Of a stretch of 39,286 nt of DNA, positions 1-7,459 are shown one piece after another; positions within the stretch are counted from its first letter, which is position 1; each line of letters begins with the position of its first letter. The notes beneath the pieces were generated by a model. The model saw only the letters and a program-made list of their open reading frames with translations. It was not told the origin of the DNA and did not search any database. The position numbers and the translations under genes are program-made. Source of the DNA: a virus; the IMG/VR virus record IMGVR_UViG_3300014957_000001, one strand, 5' to 3'.

Positions 1-78
1 TGTTGCTGTTGTAACAATCCCCATGCGCCAATCATCACTATCAAGATCATGTATCTTATTTCCAAGATCATGCAATCC
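1..78. repeat. Terminal overlap copy 1, identical to 39209-39286. Marks circular closure or terminal redundancy of a ~39,208-bp genome.
   Basis: Both ends read tgttgctgttgtaacaatccccatgcgcc...caagatcatgcaatcc; 78/78 identical by direct comparison. Confidence 0.95.
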
Positions 79-111
79 TTGTGCAAACCACTTCATTGTT
101 CCTTGTGCCAT
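1..111 (-). CDS. 5' end (first 37 codons, MAQGTMKWFAQGLHDLGNK...) of the virion-module gene whose remainder is 38849-39286. Only 79-111 is unique sequence.
   Basis: ATG at 111-109 is preceded by GGAG (reverse complement of gtcattactcc, 112-122). The frame continues through the 78-bp overlap into the 38849-39283 ORF. Joined product is 156 aa. Confidence 0.75.
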   Translation of the reverse strand, partial: MAQGTMKWFAQGLHDLGNKIHDLDSDDWRMGIVTTAT

Positions 112-122
112 GTCATTACTCC

Positions 123-2252
123 TTATTCAATATCATATTTAGCACCAGATGGTGCGGTTACTTTAAAAGGCTTCCTGCTTTCTTTTTTTAGTTCAAGTTC
201 TTGTTTTTTAAGTTCATGTTCTGCAAGTTTTAAAGAAGTATCAACCTGTCTATTCTGCATATCCCCTGCCATTTGCATCTTTACAACATTTTCATTGCTT
301 GAAATATCTTTCTCCTTCAACATCAATTCTGCAATCTTAACTCTACGCTCAAAGTCTTTACCCTCATTATCTTCGTTTAAATTGTTCGATAATGACGATA
401 AAATCTTAGCTTTTACAACATCTGGTGCAAGTTGTGCCTCAGTTGCCGCTTTTTGTGCTTCAGCTTGAGTCTTTTGAACATCAGCTTGTTTCTGTTGCAT
501 ATCAAGTGCCATTGCTTGTTGTTGCATTTGAGCTTGTTGCGGGTCAGGTTGTGATTGTTTGCTCATTTGCTCAAGCATTTCAATCTTATTATGCAAAGAT
601 GAATTCTCAATCACACCTTGCATCAGAATTGGTGTCAATGGAGAGTCTTTCCCTAAAGTTTGTATCAGGAAGGCAAGTTGTTTTTGCTCGTATTCACGGG
701 CAATAATACCTAATGTAGCCATTGGAACAAACTTAACATCAATAGCAGGATAACGTTCAGGGTCAAACTGCATATACCGCCATGTTGCCTTGTAAATAAA
801 CGGGATTAAGAATTCTTCCTGAAAATTTACTAATGTTCTCTTGTACTTCTTAATCATGGTAGCGGTAGCCATATCCATATTGCTATCTCTCGATACTTGA
901 GAGACTTGACCGCTAGAATCCATTGTTCCAGAAGCCATTAAGAGCATGCGTTCAAACTCTTTGCTGGTTTCCATTTGTACGCCATCACTAGCACCAAACT
1001 TGAACGGAAACATGATTTCTTGTGGATTTCCGTTAACCATTACATTCTTGCCAGCAGCAACTTCAAACTTGAATCCACGCGGAACTCTAGTTGCATCCAT
1101 TCCCATCATTGGGGCAGTAGTCAATGCAATAGAATCAAGATGCGATCTAATCGAACCATCTATAGCAGCCTGCATATTAAGTGTTTTTTCTGCTGTACCA
1201 CGTCCCAATATCCTGTTAGGCACTGTATCTGCCTGATAACAGATAATTGGCCTATCTTGCATCATATATGGTGATTCTTCAGCCTTTATGATAGCAGCAC
1301 CATTAGCCACTACAATAATGGCCTCTACCATATCCTCGTAATCTTCAAATTCATCACGAATATATGGTGAAGATTCGCCTAAAATATCCTCAATTTCTTC
1401 ATCTTCTTGATTTAAATACTCTTTTGGAACAAGTCCATAATAGGTAAGCAAAAGCACCTTATCATCACGATAATCTACTGTTTCTTGTGTTGCTTCTAGC
1501 GAGTTGTCGGTATAAAGAGTAGAAATATCTATATCACGATACTTCCCGCTTTTAATACCAGAGATTACTTTATGAATTGAAACGTATTTTTCAACAGCGA
1601 CACCCAAACAGTCATCAACAGACGTGCCATTAGGGTCAAATAGGAAGTTATTTGGATTTACAGGGGTTAAACGTACTGAAATACGCTCTTTTTCACCTAC
1701 ACCATATGCAGCAATTTGATTGTCAACTGGAACTTGCATTGGTTTATACTGCTTTTGAGTAGAAACAGTAATTTCACCTATTCCTGTTCCATAAATCTCA
1801 GCTAATAATGAGATACTTTCAATAGATTTCCTGATCTTATCTTGATCGAAATCCTCTTTTAGCTGGTTTTTTATCTTTTCTACGTCAAGTTTTGTTCCAT
1901 TTGCATCTACAACATCATCTTTTATGTCAAAATACTCACCTTGACCAAAAATGGCTTCCATGATCTCGGCATGACGTGTTTCGATTGCTTGTTGTGTTGC
2001 AGGAGAGACAATCTTGCTTCTTTCGGACTTTTTAGTCTTGTCAGAATCTTCAAACTTACCACGAAAATTACGCTCATACTTCTTCCAGTCATCAGAATAG
2101 TTCTGATCTCTGAAATCACGCCATTTATCTGTATGAGAAACAATAAAGTTTAGTAGTTCTTTATCATTTTCAGTTGGTTCATAGTATTTTTTACCTTCAG
2201 GTTCAAAAATATCTATAAACTCAGGCGTTGTTTCATCATGATTAATAATCAT
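123..2252 (-). CDS. Portal protein (putative)
   Basis: 709-aa ORF directly downstream of terL in the same operon; size and position are typical of a portal. It has a long Q/E/K-rich helical C-terminal tail. There is no motif-level proof without an HMM search. Confidence 0.7.
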   Translation of the reverse strand: MIINHDETTPEFIDIFEPEGKKYYEPTENDKELLNFIVSHTDKWRDFRDQNYSDDWKKYERNFRGKFEDSDKTKKSERSKIVSPATQQAIETRHAEIMEAIFGQGEYFDIKDDVVDANGTKLDVEKIKNQLKEDFDQDKIRKSIESISLLAEIYGTGIGEITVSTQKQYKPMQVPVDNQIAAYGVGEKERISVRLTPVNPNNFLFDPNGTSVDDCLGVAVEKYVSIHKVISGIKSGKYRDIDISTLYTDNSLEATQETVDYRDDKVLLLTYYGLVPKEYLNQEDEEIEDILGESSPYIRDEFEDYEDMVEAIIVVANGAAIIKAEESPYMMQDRPIICYQADTVPNRILGRGTAEKTLNMQAAIDGSIRSHLDSIALTTAPMMGMDATRVPRGFKFEVAAGKNVMVNGNPQEIMFPFKFGASDGVQMETSKEFERMLLMASGTMDSSGQVSQVSRDSNMDMATATMIKKYKRTLVNFQEEFLIPFIYKATWRYMQFDPERYPAIDVKFVPMATLGIIAREYEQKQLAFLIQTLGKDSPLTPILMQGVIENSSLHNKIEMLEQMSKQSQPDPQQAQMQQQAMALDMQQKQADVQKTQAEAQKAATEAQLAPDVVKAKILSSLSNNLNEDNEGKDFERRVKIAELMLKEKDISSNENVVKMQMAGDMQNRQVDTSLKLAEHELKKQELELKKESRKPFKVTAPSGAKYDIE

Positions 2253-2269
2253 TCTATTTACCTTATTAT

Positions 2270-4390
2270 TTATATCCCGGTCATTTCATCTAATGGTTCA
2301 TAATCATCATAAGAGCTATGCGGTTGATATGTAGTCTCTTGAAGGTGGCTTATATAGGCAAGGGCATCCAAACAATTATGAACAAGAACTCCATCAGCAA
2401 AAAACTCATGCCTGCCTTCAACCATTAGGTCGTAAACGGGCACGTTTTTCTCTTGCAAGCCTTGCCTGTTTTCTGTTTGTGCATTCTCTACTACAAATTT
2501 TCTGGATTGACATTTTTGGCTTAAAATTATTCCCGCATTCACAACATTGCTTTTCAGGAAGGTCTCGCATGAGAGATCGTTTAGCATGTTCTCTGTGCCA
2601 AGCAATTCCTTCTGGAGATGAATGCCATTTTTTTGTAAGGTGTCTGATACTTTCCAAATGCCGCAAACTTTGTTCTGTTTTTCCTCTGAGACTTCGTTCT
2701 TCTCTATGCTCGACTTGATGTGCGGCACTTGATAGGCAGACAAGGTTGGAGATGTCGTTGTTTTCTGAATTCCCGTCTGCATGGTGTACATGGTGTCCAT
2801 CTGGGATTCTTCCATTATGAAATTCCCAAATGTCTCGATGAAGCGATCTTGGATTTTCCTTCCATTTCGAGTGGCTTGTATAGTATAACCTGTGGTTTCG
2901 TTGTTTAGCATTTGGATAGCGGTGATACAATTTTCCGTTAAATTCAATGGTTTCGCGCATGATACATCCTTTAATGAATGACATTCAATGATTATATCAT
3001 CGTCACTTAAAGAATCAAGACTTACCCATTGCCTATTTAATGTAAATATCTTATGTTCAGGTGTTGCTGTAATACCGTACCGAGTAATAACTTCTTTATT
3101 ACCTTTACACCATGCTTTTAATACCTTTTTAAATTCACCAGACCCAGTTAACACATAATCATCAGTAGTAACTTCAGATATACACTTTTCACCATTAAGA
3201 GTCATTATTAATGTGCCGGCAGGGAAGCAATCATCGTGCACTCTTGGTGATGGGAATCCTATCATTTCGCGCTTAATCTCATCCCAATTCTCATCTTCAT
3301 TGAATACAATCCTACCATGCTCTAATAACCCTTGCAATGCGTATACTATCCTATTCTCTTTTGCAATACCACCAGTAGAAATTGAATGTATATGTGCAAA
3401 TACTTGGTTCTTACGCATTAAATCTTCCAAATAAGGAAGTACAGCTCTCATTAAAGCACCTTTTTCTATCCCAATCGCCAAAGGTTTATGTGTTCGTATT
3501 GCCATTAACACTCTAACCGCCGATTCTCGTACATCCCACCTTCCATAATCAATTTTCTGCACCCACCAATGACCATTCTCATAAACTCTAACTACTGCTA
3601 TTGCAAAATAGTCAAGATTGCTCTTTTTACCTGTTTCAGTAGTAACTCCAGTATAACCAGAAGGATCAATGGCAATATAAGTAGCATATGAGCCAAGTGG
3701 TGCTTTACCAGTTTTTAGCCACTCTATTCTTAGTAAGTTAGATCCTGCTGTATCCCATGATGCCTCATACTCTCTAAAGAACTCAGCACTGCCCATGGAC
3801 TTCTTAGCAGCTTCAATTTCTGATCTCTTGATATAAGGATTATCAGCAGTAGTGAACAACCATGATTTCCATTCAGGATCATCACCATCCTGACCTCTGT
3901 CAAATATCTTACGGAATTCAACTGCTTCAGGTTCAGGCGTACCAATAAACAATGCACCACCTTCCATATCCGACAAAGATGGTCTTATACTACTTTCCCA
4001 AGTCCCATCCTTAATATCCTTCATTTCATCCAGAATCGCATAGAACAGTTTCTTACCTCTTAACCTGTCTGGCTTGTCAGCACCACGAATCTGTATTTTT
4101 ACACCGTTCTTTAAAGTTATATCACCATCATTGATATGCGCTTTAGCAATAAGCGGTTCTGCAAGCATCATTACCAAGTCCCACATCAAGTCATATGCCA
4201 TCCCCTGAGTAGGTGCTACATACATCACCCTAGCATCCATTGAAGGGCATTGTAGAGCCTTTGTAATCAACATTACAGCCGATAACCGAGTCTTACCACA
4301 TCGTCTACCAGCAACAATCACTTTGAACCGTGTATCGTCAGTATAGACAGTTCTCTGCCACGGGGTTAGATCAAACTTTAACTCAGCCAT
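2270..4390 (-). CDS. terL: Terminase large subunit precursor, interrupted by an in-frame intein (mature TerL ~421 aa)
   Basis: Walker A-like AGRRCGKT near the N-terminus and Walker B-like FYAILDE. The nuclease-type motif is reconstituted after intein removal (SPRVHDD / CLDALAYI). The gene lies between the terS-like gene and the portal. Confidence 0.9.
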   Translation of the reverse strand: MAELKFDLTPWQRTVYTDDTRFKVIVAGRRCGKTRLSAVMLITKALQCPSMDARVMYVAPTQGMAYDLMWDLVMMLAEPLIAKAHINDGDITLKNGVKIQIRGADKPDRLRGKKLFYAILDEMKDIKDGTWESSIRPSLSDMEGGALFIGTPEPEAVEFRKIFDRGQDGDDPEWKSWLFTTADNPYIKRSEIEAAKKSMGSAEFFREYEASWDTAGSNLLRIEWLKTGKAPLGSYATYIAIDPSGYTGVTTETGKKSNLDYFAIAVVRVYENGHWWVQKIDYGRWDVRESAVRVLMAIRTHKPLAIGIEKGALMRAVLPYLEDLMRKNQVFAHIHSISTGGIAKENRIVYALQGLLEHGRIVFNEDENWDEIKREMIGFPSPRVHDDCFPAGTLIMTLNGEKCISEVTTDDYVLTGSGEFKKVLKAWCKGNKEVITRYGITATPEHKIFTLNRQWVSLDSLSDDDIIIECHSLKDVSCAKPLNLTENCITAIQMLNNETTGYTIQATRNGRKIQDRFIETFGNFIMEESQMDTMYTMQTGIQKTTTSPTLSAYQVPHIKSSIEKNEVSEEKQNKVCGIWKVSDTLQKNGIHLQKELLGTENMLNDLSCETFLKSNVVNAGIILSQKCQSRKFVVENAQTENRQGLQEKNVPVYDLMVEGRHEFFADGVLVHNCLDALAYISHLQETTYQPHSSYDDYEPLDEMTGI
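2375..3229 (-). mobile_element. Intein (285 codons, TerL residues 388-672) inserted in the nuclease motif
   Basis: Cys1 in CFPAGTLIMT (block A), TATPEH (block B, T-x-x-H), VYDLMVEGRHEFFADG (block F), VLVHN followed by Cys+1 (block G). Boundaries were placed by codon arithmetic from the ORF start at 4390. Confidence 0.85.
2418..2960 (-). CDS. HNH homing endonuclease, nested inside the intein in the +2 frame relative to terL
   Basis: His-Asn-His motif HHVHHADGNSENNDISNLVCLSSAAHQVEH and a C-terminal Cys4-type CCECG...CSREC. AAAGGA lies 6 nt upstream of ATG 2960 (alternative ATG at 2984). The ORF lies wholly within 2375-3229. Confidence 0.85.
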   Translation of the reverse strand: MRETIEFNGKLYHRYPNAKQRNHRLYYTSHSKWKENPRSLHRDIWEFHNGRIPDGHHVHHADGNSENNDISNLVCLSSAAHQVEHREERSLRGKTEQSLRHLESIRHLTKKWHSSPEGIAWHREHAKRSLMRDLPEKQCCECGNNFKPKMSIQKICSRECTNRKQARLAREKRARLRPNG

Positions 4391-4841
4391 TACTTTCTAT
4401 CACATTCAACTCTGGTCGAGCATCACCAATAACAATAGTAAAATTAGTACCACCAGTACTACTCATCCCACCATCAGACTTATCACCCCACTTAACCCTA
4501 TCCAACTTGGATGCTATCTTCATATAATGCTCAGACTGCATCCTGACCAACGAAACCTCCTCAGGTTCAGCATTCTCAACCAGATTAGTAGCCTTCCACT
4601 CCAATACATCAGCTCTTGCTCTACCAGCCAATGCAATAGCATCAGGACAGTTTAACTCAATCCAGCCACGTAAGACTACATACGGAACTCCAAACTCCTC
4701 CTTAGATATGTCAGCAGGGTTATCACCTTCAGCTAACCTCTCTACCAGTATATCTCGTATGAAGTCATTGCCTTTAGATGCTACCAGATCATCTAATAAC
4801 TGATAACCAAGTAGTTTTAGTGGTATTAACTTATCACTCAT
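4383..4841 (-). CDS. terS: Terminase small subunit (putative)
   Basis: 152-aa ORF whose stop overlaps the terL start. It has an HTH-like DISKEEFGVPYVVLRGWI and a C-terminal pattern RARADVLEWK...KIASKLDRVKWGDK typical of TerS families. Confidence 0.6.
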   Translation of the reverse strand: MSDKLIPLKLLGYQLLDDLVASKGNDFIRDILVERLAEGDNPADISKEEFGVPYVVLRGWIELNCPDAIALAGRARADVLEWKATNLVENAEPEEVSLVRMQSEHYMKIASKLDRVKWGDKSDGGMSSTGGTNFTIVIGDARPELNVIESNG

Positions 4842-4852
4842 GTTTAATTAAA

Positions 4853-5041
4853 TTAAAACGTATCCGACAATACAATATTATGTATATGATTACCACATAC
4901 AGAACACATTAATAATGGACAACCATTTTCTTTTTCTTTGTAAACAACAAAAGTCTTATTCCCACATGACTCACAACCTAAAATAGTTAAGTCGTCTTTA
5001 ATTTCAACTTTAGAACCACTAAAATTTATAACATCACCCAT
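4853..5041 (-). CDS. Small zinc-ribbon protein
   Basis: 62 aa with CESCG...CSVCG (two CxxC pairs); packed between the HTH gene and terS. Confidence 0.55.
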   Translation of the reverse strand: MGDVINFSGSKVEIKDDLTILGCESCGNKTFVVYKEKENGCPLLMCSVCGNHIHNIVLSDTF

Positions 5042-5043
5042 GC

Positions 5044-5235
5044 CTATAACCTACCATCTCTACTCTTTATACGCTCATCATTCAACATCAAAAAGTACTT
5101 AACCCTATTCGCAGGTACTACATCTGCATTCTGCCATCTACACCATGTCGCAATAGATACATCTAACTGCTTTGCAGCCATAGCCAATGTCAACCCTAAT
5201 CTCTCTCTTAACTTCTTTAATTCTTTACCAGTCAT
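5044..5235 (-). CDS. XRE-type helix-turn-helix DNA-binding protein, first gene of the leftward late operon
   Basis: MTGKELKKLRERLGLTLAMAAKQLDVSIATWCRWQN is a classic HTH_XRE pattern. AAGGAG lies 7 nt upstream of ATG 5235. The 94-aa long form in the track starts at a GTG with no SD. Confidence 0.7.
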   Translation of the reverse strand: MTGKELKKLRERLGLTLAMAAKQLDVSIATWCRWQNADVVPANRVKYFLMLNDERIKSRDGRL

Positions 5236-5484
5236 ATAATACTCCTTTTGAGTAGTATAACATAATGAGAGAGAGTGAGTGACTTTTTCTTGTGGAGAGG
5301 GGTGATAAGAAAAAAATTTCCCATACACGACTCACCCTCCCCCCCGTCGGATGTCACTATGAAACTATCAGCTCAGATCATCCACCATGATGACACATAA
5401 CTACCAAGATGAGCATGTAACCTCTCACATAACGAGAGACTATGTATGTATACGTATACAATCGCTGATATTTGTATTATTGCC

Positions 5485-5662
5485 ATTCATTTCAGAAATC
5501 CTTATTGTATTCATATACTTAACCTAAAAGCTGGTATATATTCAATATAATCAATAACTTAAGATTCGTTTTCAAAAACCTTAATGGATTCATACACTTA
5601 ACCTAAAAGCTGTATTCGTTTCAAAATTCACCAATAGAATCATACACTTAACCTGAAAGCTA
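5485..5662. repeat. Three ~49-bp direct repeats (5485-5533, 5564-5612, 5614-5662), core TTCATAYACTTAACCTRAAAGCT
   Basis: Aligned by eye: attcRtttYcaRaaa..ccttaWtgKattcataYacttaacctRaaagct. Copies 2 and 3 are tandem. Confidence 0.85.
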
Positions 5663-5818
5663 TAGATTGAGAGAGGTCGGGTAAGGGAGAGTGTAAAATA
5701 AAATATCCTTTATAATCAAATAGTTATAAATTTCAAAACGCCTTTATATACCTTTTTGCCAGAAAACCTGCGTTAATCACTATCCCCATGATTTCAAAGG
5801 CATATTTCAGAGAAAGTA

Positions 5819-5866
5819 TCTTTTAGGTTAACATGTTGATTCTAATAAGGTTTTTCAAAATGAATT
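5819..5866. repeat. Inverted (reverse-complement) copy of the 49-bp repeat unit
   Basis: The reverse complement reads aattcattttgaaaaaccttattagaatcaacatgttaacctaaaaga and aligns along the full unit of 5564-5612. Confidence 0.7.
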
Positions 5867-5963
5867 AGATTGAGTGATAAAAAGTGCCCATTCATTTTAA
5901 ATAACGCTAATGCAATCAATGAGTTAGTTAAAAAGCTAAACTATTAATATTTTTCTGATGGTT

Positions 5964-5980
5964 TATTGATATAGATCAAT
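5964..5980. promoter_or_regulatory. Operator-like site O1 (TATTGATATAGATCAAT), abutting the -35 of the early promoter
   Basis: Exact 17-bp repeat of 6027-6043. Contains the inverted half-sites TTGAT-N4-ATCAA. Confidence 0.5.
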
Positions 5981-6008
5981 TGACATATCTGGAAGCTCAT
6001 TAAAATAT
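5980..6008 (+). promoter_or_regulatory. Candidate sigma70-type early promoter for the rightward block
   Basis: TTGACA at 5980-5985. The -10 is either TAAAAT at 6001-6006 (15-bp spacer) or AAATAT at 6003-6008 (17-bp spacer). It lies about 55 bp upstream of the first plus-strand gene. Confidence 0.35.
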
Positions 6009-6026
6009 TAATTGTGCAATGTTGCA

Positions 6027-6043
6027 TATTGATATAGATCAAT
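6027..6043. promoter_or_regulatory. Operator-like site O2 (TATTGATATAGATCAAT), just downstream of the predicted start site
   Basis: Exact 17-bp repeat of 5964-5980, 63 bp centre to centre. Confidence 0.5.
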
Positions 6044-6063
6044 GTTTACCAGGGAGAGACAAA

Positions 6064-6282
6064 ATGCAGGCGAAGACACATTATATAAATGGTTGCAATA
6101 GATCACAGTCAAGCTGTGTTAACGGTAGCAAATGGGGCGTGAGTCTCGATAAGTTTTTAGGTGTTACTAATAGATGTGTAACTTGTGACAAGATAGTCAG
6201 TAAAGAATTGCAAGACTTTGAACCTATCCAAGAAACCAATTTGCTGGATAGAAACATAACAGGCATGGAGGCAGTTAAATAA
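6064..6282 (+). CDS. Hypothetical early protein (72 aa, Cys-rich)
   Basis: GGGAGAG lies 5 nt upstream of ATG 6064. The 6019 start in the track lies inside operator O2 and the promoter. Confidence 0.6.
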   Translation: MQAKTHYINGCNRSQSSCVNGSKWGVSLDKFLGVTNRCVTCDKIVSKELQDFEPIQETNLLDRNITGMEAVK

Positions 6283-6365
6283 TGATCACCTTAATATTTA
6301 CATTATGCGTAATAGCTGGCTGTTTAATAGGCCATAGAATTAATAAACTACTGAGAGGATTTTAA
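6282..6365 (+). CDS. Micro-ORF, 27-aa hydrophobic peptide (MITLIFTLCVIAGCLIGHRINKLLRGF)
   Basis: Its ATG overlaps the upstream stop (TAATG) and its stop lies 1 nt before the next ATG. It is below the 60-aa cutoff of the track. Confidence 0.4.
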   Translation: MITLIFTLCVIAGCLIGHRINKLLRGF

Positions 6366-6366
6366 A

Positions 6367-6783
6367 ATGGACTTAATCGCGAAACTACCCACAACAGACA
6401 GGAGCAACGCAAAACACCTTGACAAGGAAATAGTGCGTAAATATCACGTTGCTGGAATGCTCAACGGTGAGCTTGTATCTATCTTGACGGCGTATATCTA
6501 CATGTCACGCTCAGGCGATGGCGCAAGCCCTGTATATTGCGCGTTATGGGTACATGCTCCAGGCGTATGCTACACGTCAGGCAGGGGCAAGGCATCCGGC
6601 TATGGATATCACAAGTTCAGTGCGGGAATTGATGCAGCATTAACAAGCGCGGGTATTGAGTTGACCGATAGTAAGACAGGCAAAGTGGTCACAATTGACG
6701 GCGTAGGGGATAGCGCGATAGAAGACGCTTTCACCGCGATCGGCAAAGCGTGCGGCCTCGATAGCGTATTAATTTTAAGTTAA
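6367..6783 (+). CDS. Hypothetical early protein (138 aa)
   Basis: GAGAGGA SD. Visibly more G+C-rich than its neighbours. No family recognised. Confidence 0.7.
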   Translation: MDLIAKLPTTDRSNAKHLDKEIVRKYHVAGMLNGELVSILTAYIYMSRSGDGASPVYCALWVHAPGVCYTSGRGKASGYGYHKFSAGIDAALTSAGIELTDSKTGKVVTIDGVGDSAIEDAFTAIGKACGLDSVLILS

Positions 6784-6804
6784 CCGACTAAGGAGAATTA
6801 AAAA

Positions 6805-7176
6805 ATGAGCAACCAAATAAACAATACGCAAGACACTATCGACAGCCGCGAAATAATAGACCGCATTGAAGAACTGGAAGGCATCGAAAACCCAAGCAAC
6901 GAAGAAGCGCAAGAATTAGCAATCTTGTTAAAAGTACAGGAGCAGGCTGAGGGTTACTCAGACTGGGAGTATGGCGAGACCTTGATAAGGGAATCGTACT
7001 TTACCGATTACATCAAGGAACTGATTGCCGATTGCTACTCAATGCCTAAGGAGTTTGAATCCGGCGCGTGGCCTTGGCGGCATATGACGCTCGACTACCA
7101 AGCCGCAGCGGATGAAGCAGAATACGACTATACGCGGATTGATTTTGACGGCGTGGATTACTTAATCAGGAGCTAA
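6805..7176 (+). CDS. Strongly acidic hypothetical early protein (123 aa)
   Basis: AAGGAG SD. Many D/E residues (IDSREIIDRIEELEGIENPSNEEAQE...). Confidence 0.7.
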   Translation: MSNQINNTQDTIDSREIIDRIEELEGIENPSNEEAQELAILLKVQEQAEGYSDWEYGETLIRESYFTDYIKELIADCYSMPKEFESGAWPWRHMTLDYQAAADEAEYDYTRIDFDGVDYLIRS

Positions 7177-7177
7177 C

Positions 7178-7273
7178 ATGCAAAACTTTATAAATAACTG
7201 GGTTGCACCGTTTCTATTTGGCGCAATTGTCGCAATACTGTTTGTTGTAGCTTTATTTTTCCCAATTAAATAA
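7178..7273 (+). CDS. Micro-ORF, 31-aa single-TM peptide (MQNFINNWVAPFLFGAIVAILFVVALFFPIK)
   Basis: ATG lies 1 nt after the upstream stop. Hydrophobic core. Below the track cutoff. Confidence 0.45.
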   Translation: MQNFINNWVAPFLFGAIVAILFVVALFFPIK

Positions 7274-7288
7274 CCGGAAGGAGACAAA

Positions 7289-7459
7289 ATGACTGAGGAT
7301 CAAAAAGCATTTGAAGCGTGGATGTCAAATAACGGCGAATACCCAAGAGCCATTGCAAAAAATAATGATGGCTTATATAGTTTAATGCAAACTTTCATAC
7401 AATGGGCTGCATGGGAAGCAGCTTGCGAATATAAAACCACACAAAAGGAGATAAAATGA
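7289..7459 (+). CDS. Hypothetical protein, 56 aa (MTEDQKAFEAWMSNNGEYPRAI...)
   Basis: GGAAGGAG SD. Its stop overlaps the next start (ATGA at 7456-7459). Below the track cutoff. Confidence 0.6.
   Translation: MTEDQKAFEAWMSNNGEYPRAIAKNNDGLYSLMQTFIQWAAWEAACEYKTTQKEIK

Noticed and set aside
49-1274. Plus-strand ORFs 49-468, 425-706, 559-753, 946-1236 and 975-1274, opposite the portal gene.
   Set aside because: They are antisense shadow frames inside a long, well-supported minus-strand gene. They have no SD sequences and Leu/Ser/Cys/Phe-rich, junk-like composition.
2418-2984. The out-of-frame HNH ORF could be a sequencing or assembly frameshift of an ordinary in-frame intein endonuclease domain.
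   Set aside because: This would need two compensating indels, one at each end. Even then it would not explain why the TerL frame stays free of stops for about 181 codons across the segment. It is kept as the explicit refutation test of the finding rather than accepted.
5044-5328. Long 94-aa form of the HTH gene.
   Set aside because: It starts at a GTG with no SD and adds a non-homologous 31-residue leader. An internal ATG at 5235 has a perfect AAGGAG and gives a standard-length XRE-type HTH.
5485-5866. Possible CRISPR array or CRISPR-like repeats (also considered for the 11-bp array at 14374-14422).
   Set aside because: There are only 3-4 imperfect copies with irregular or zero spacers, and one copy is inverted. 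There are no cas genes. The 11-bp array has no spacers at all.
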